DNA of 64,000 nt from Antedon mediterranea. Lineage: Eukaryota; Animalia; Echinodermata. A model generated the notes under the pieces. It was not told the origin of the DNA. It was given only the letters and a program-made list of their open reading frames with translations, and did no database searches. Of this stretch, positions 63,875 through 64,000 are shown in pieces (within the stretch, counting starts at the first letter, position 1; each line of letters begins with the position of its first letter). The stretch is from the NCBI RefSeq assembly GCF_964355755.1, contig NC_092670.1, forward strand, positions 40,288,388 to 40,352,387, given 5' to 3'. The translations under genes and the position numbers were made by a program.

Positions 63875-64000
63875 GTAAGTAGCATGACTCTATAACCAGC
63901 TGGTAAGAAACGGGTCAGCAGAGCAGAAATGGTACAAACTGTAAAAAGACAAATGTGTCATCTATTGGACATCTATGTCATCTATCAGACAATTAAATTC

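Overview
AT-rich eukaryotic (intron-containing) animal DNA, most likely an invertebrate deuterostome such as an echinoderm (inferred from a Gmr1-type retroelement and a Deu/Nin-core SINE). The window is a head-to-tail tandem array of secreted single-domain fibrinogen-related (FReD; ficolin/tachylectin-5-like) lectin genes on the + strand. It holds seven complete 4-coding-exon genes (246-253 aa, all open after splicing), one orphan half-exon and the first coding exon of an eighth gene. Exon 4, the P-domain Ca2+/ligand-binding region, has nearly invariant framework blocks separated by hypervariable loops that are shared patchwork-style between paralogues. It is preceded in every gene by a 20-bp intronic minisatellite of 1 to ~82 copies, whose A-variant carries the AP-1 consensus TGAGTCA. 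Spacers and introns carry many transposons: a young full-length Gmr1-like Gypsy element (PR-INT-RT-RH order) interrupted in gag by a defective Academ (XPG-type) DNA transposon, plus Helentron-like HINEs, Harbinger- and Kolobok-type MITEs, a tRNA-derived SINE and truncated L1/Tx1, CR1/L2 and RTE LINE ends. All coordinates and counts were read by eye; family assignments rest on recalled motifs, not database searches.
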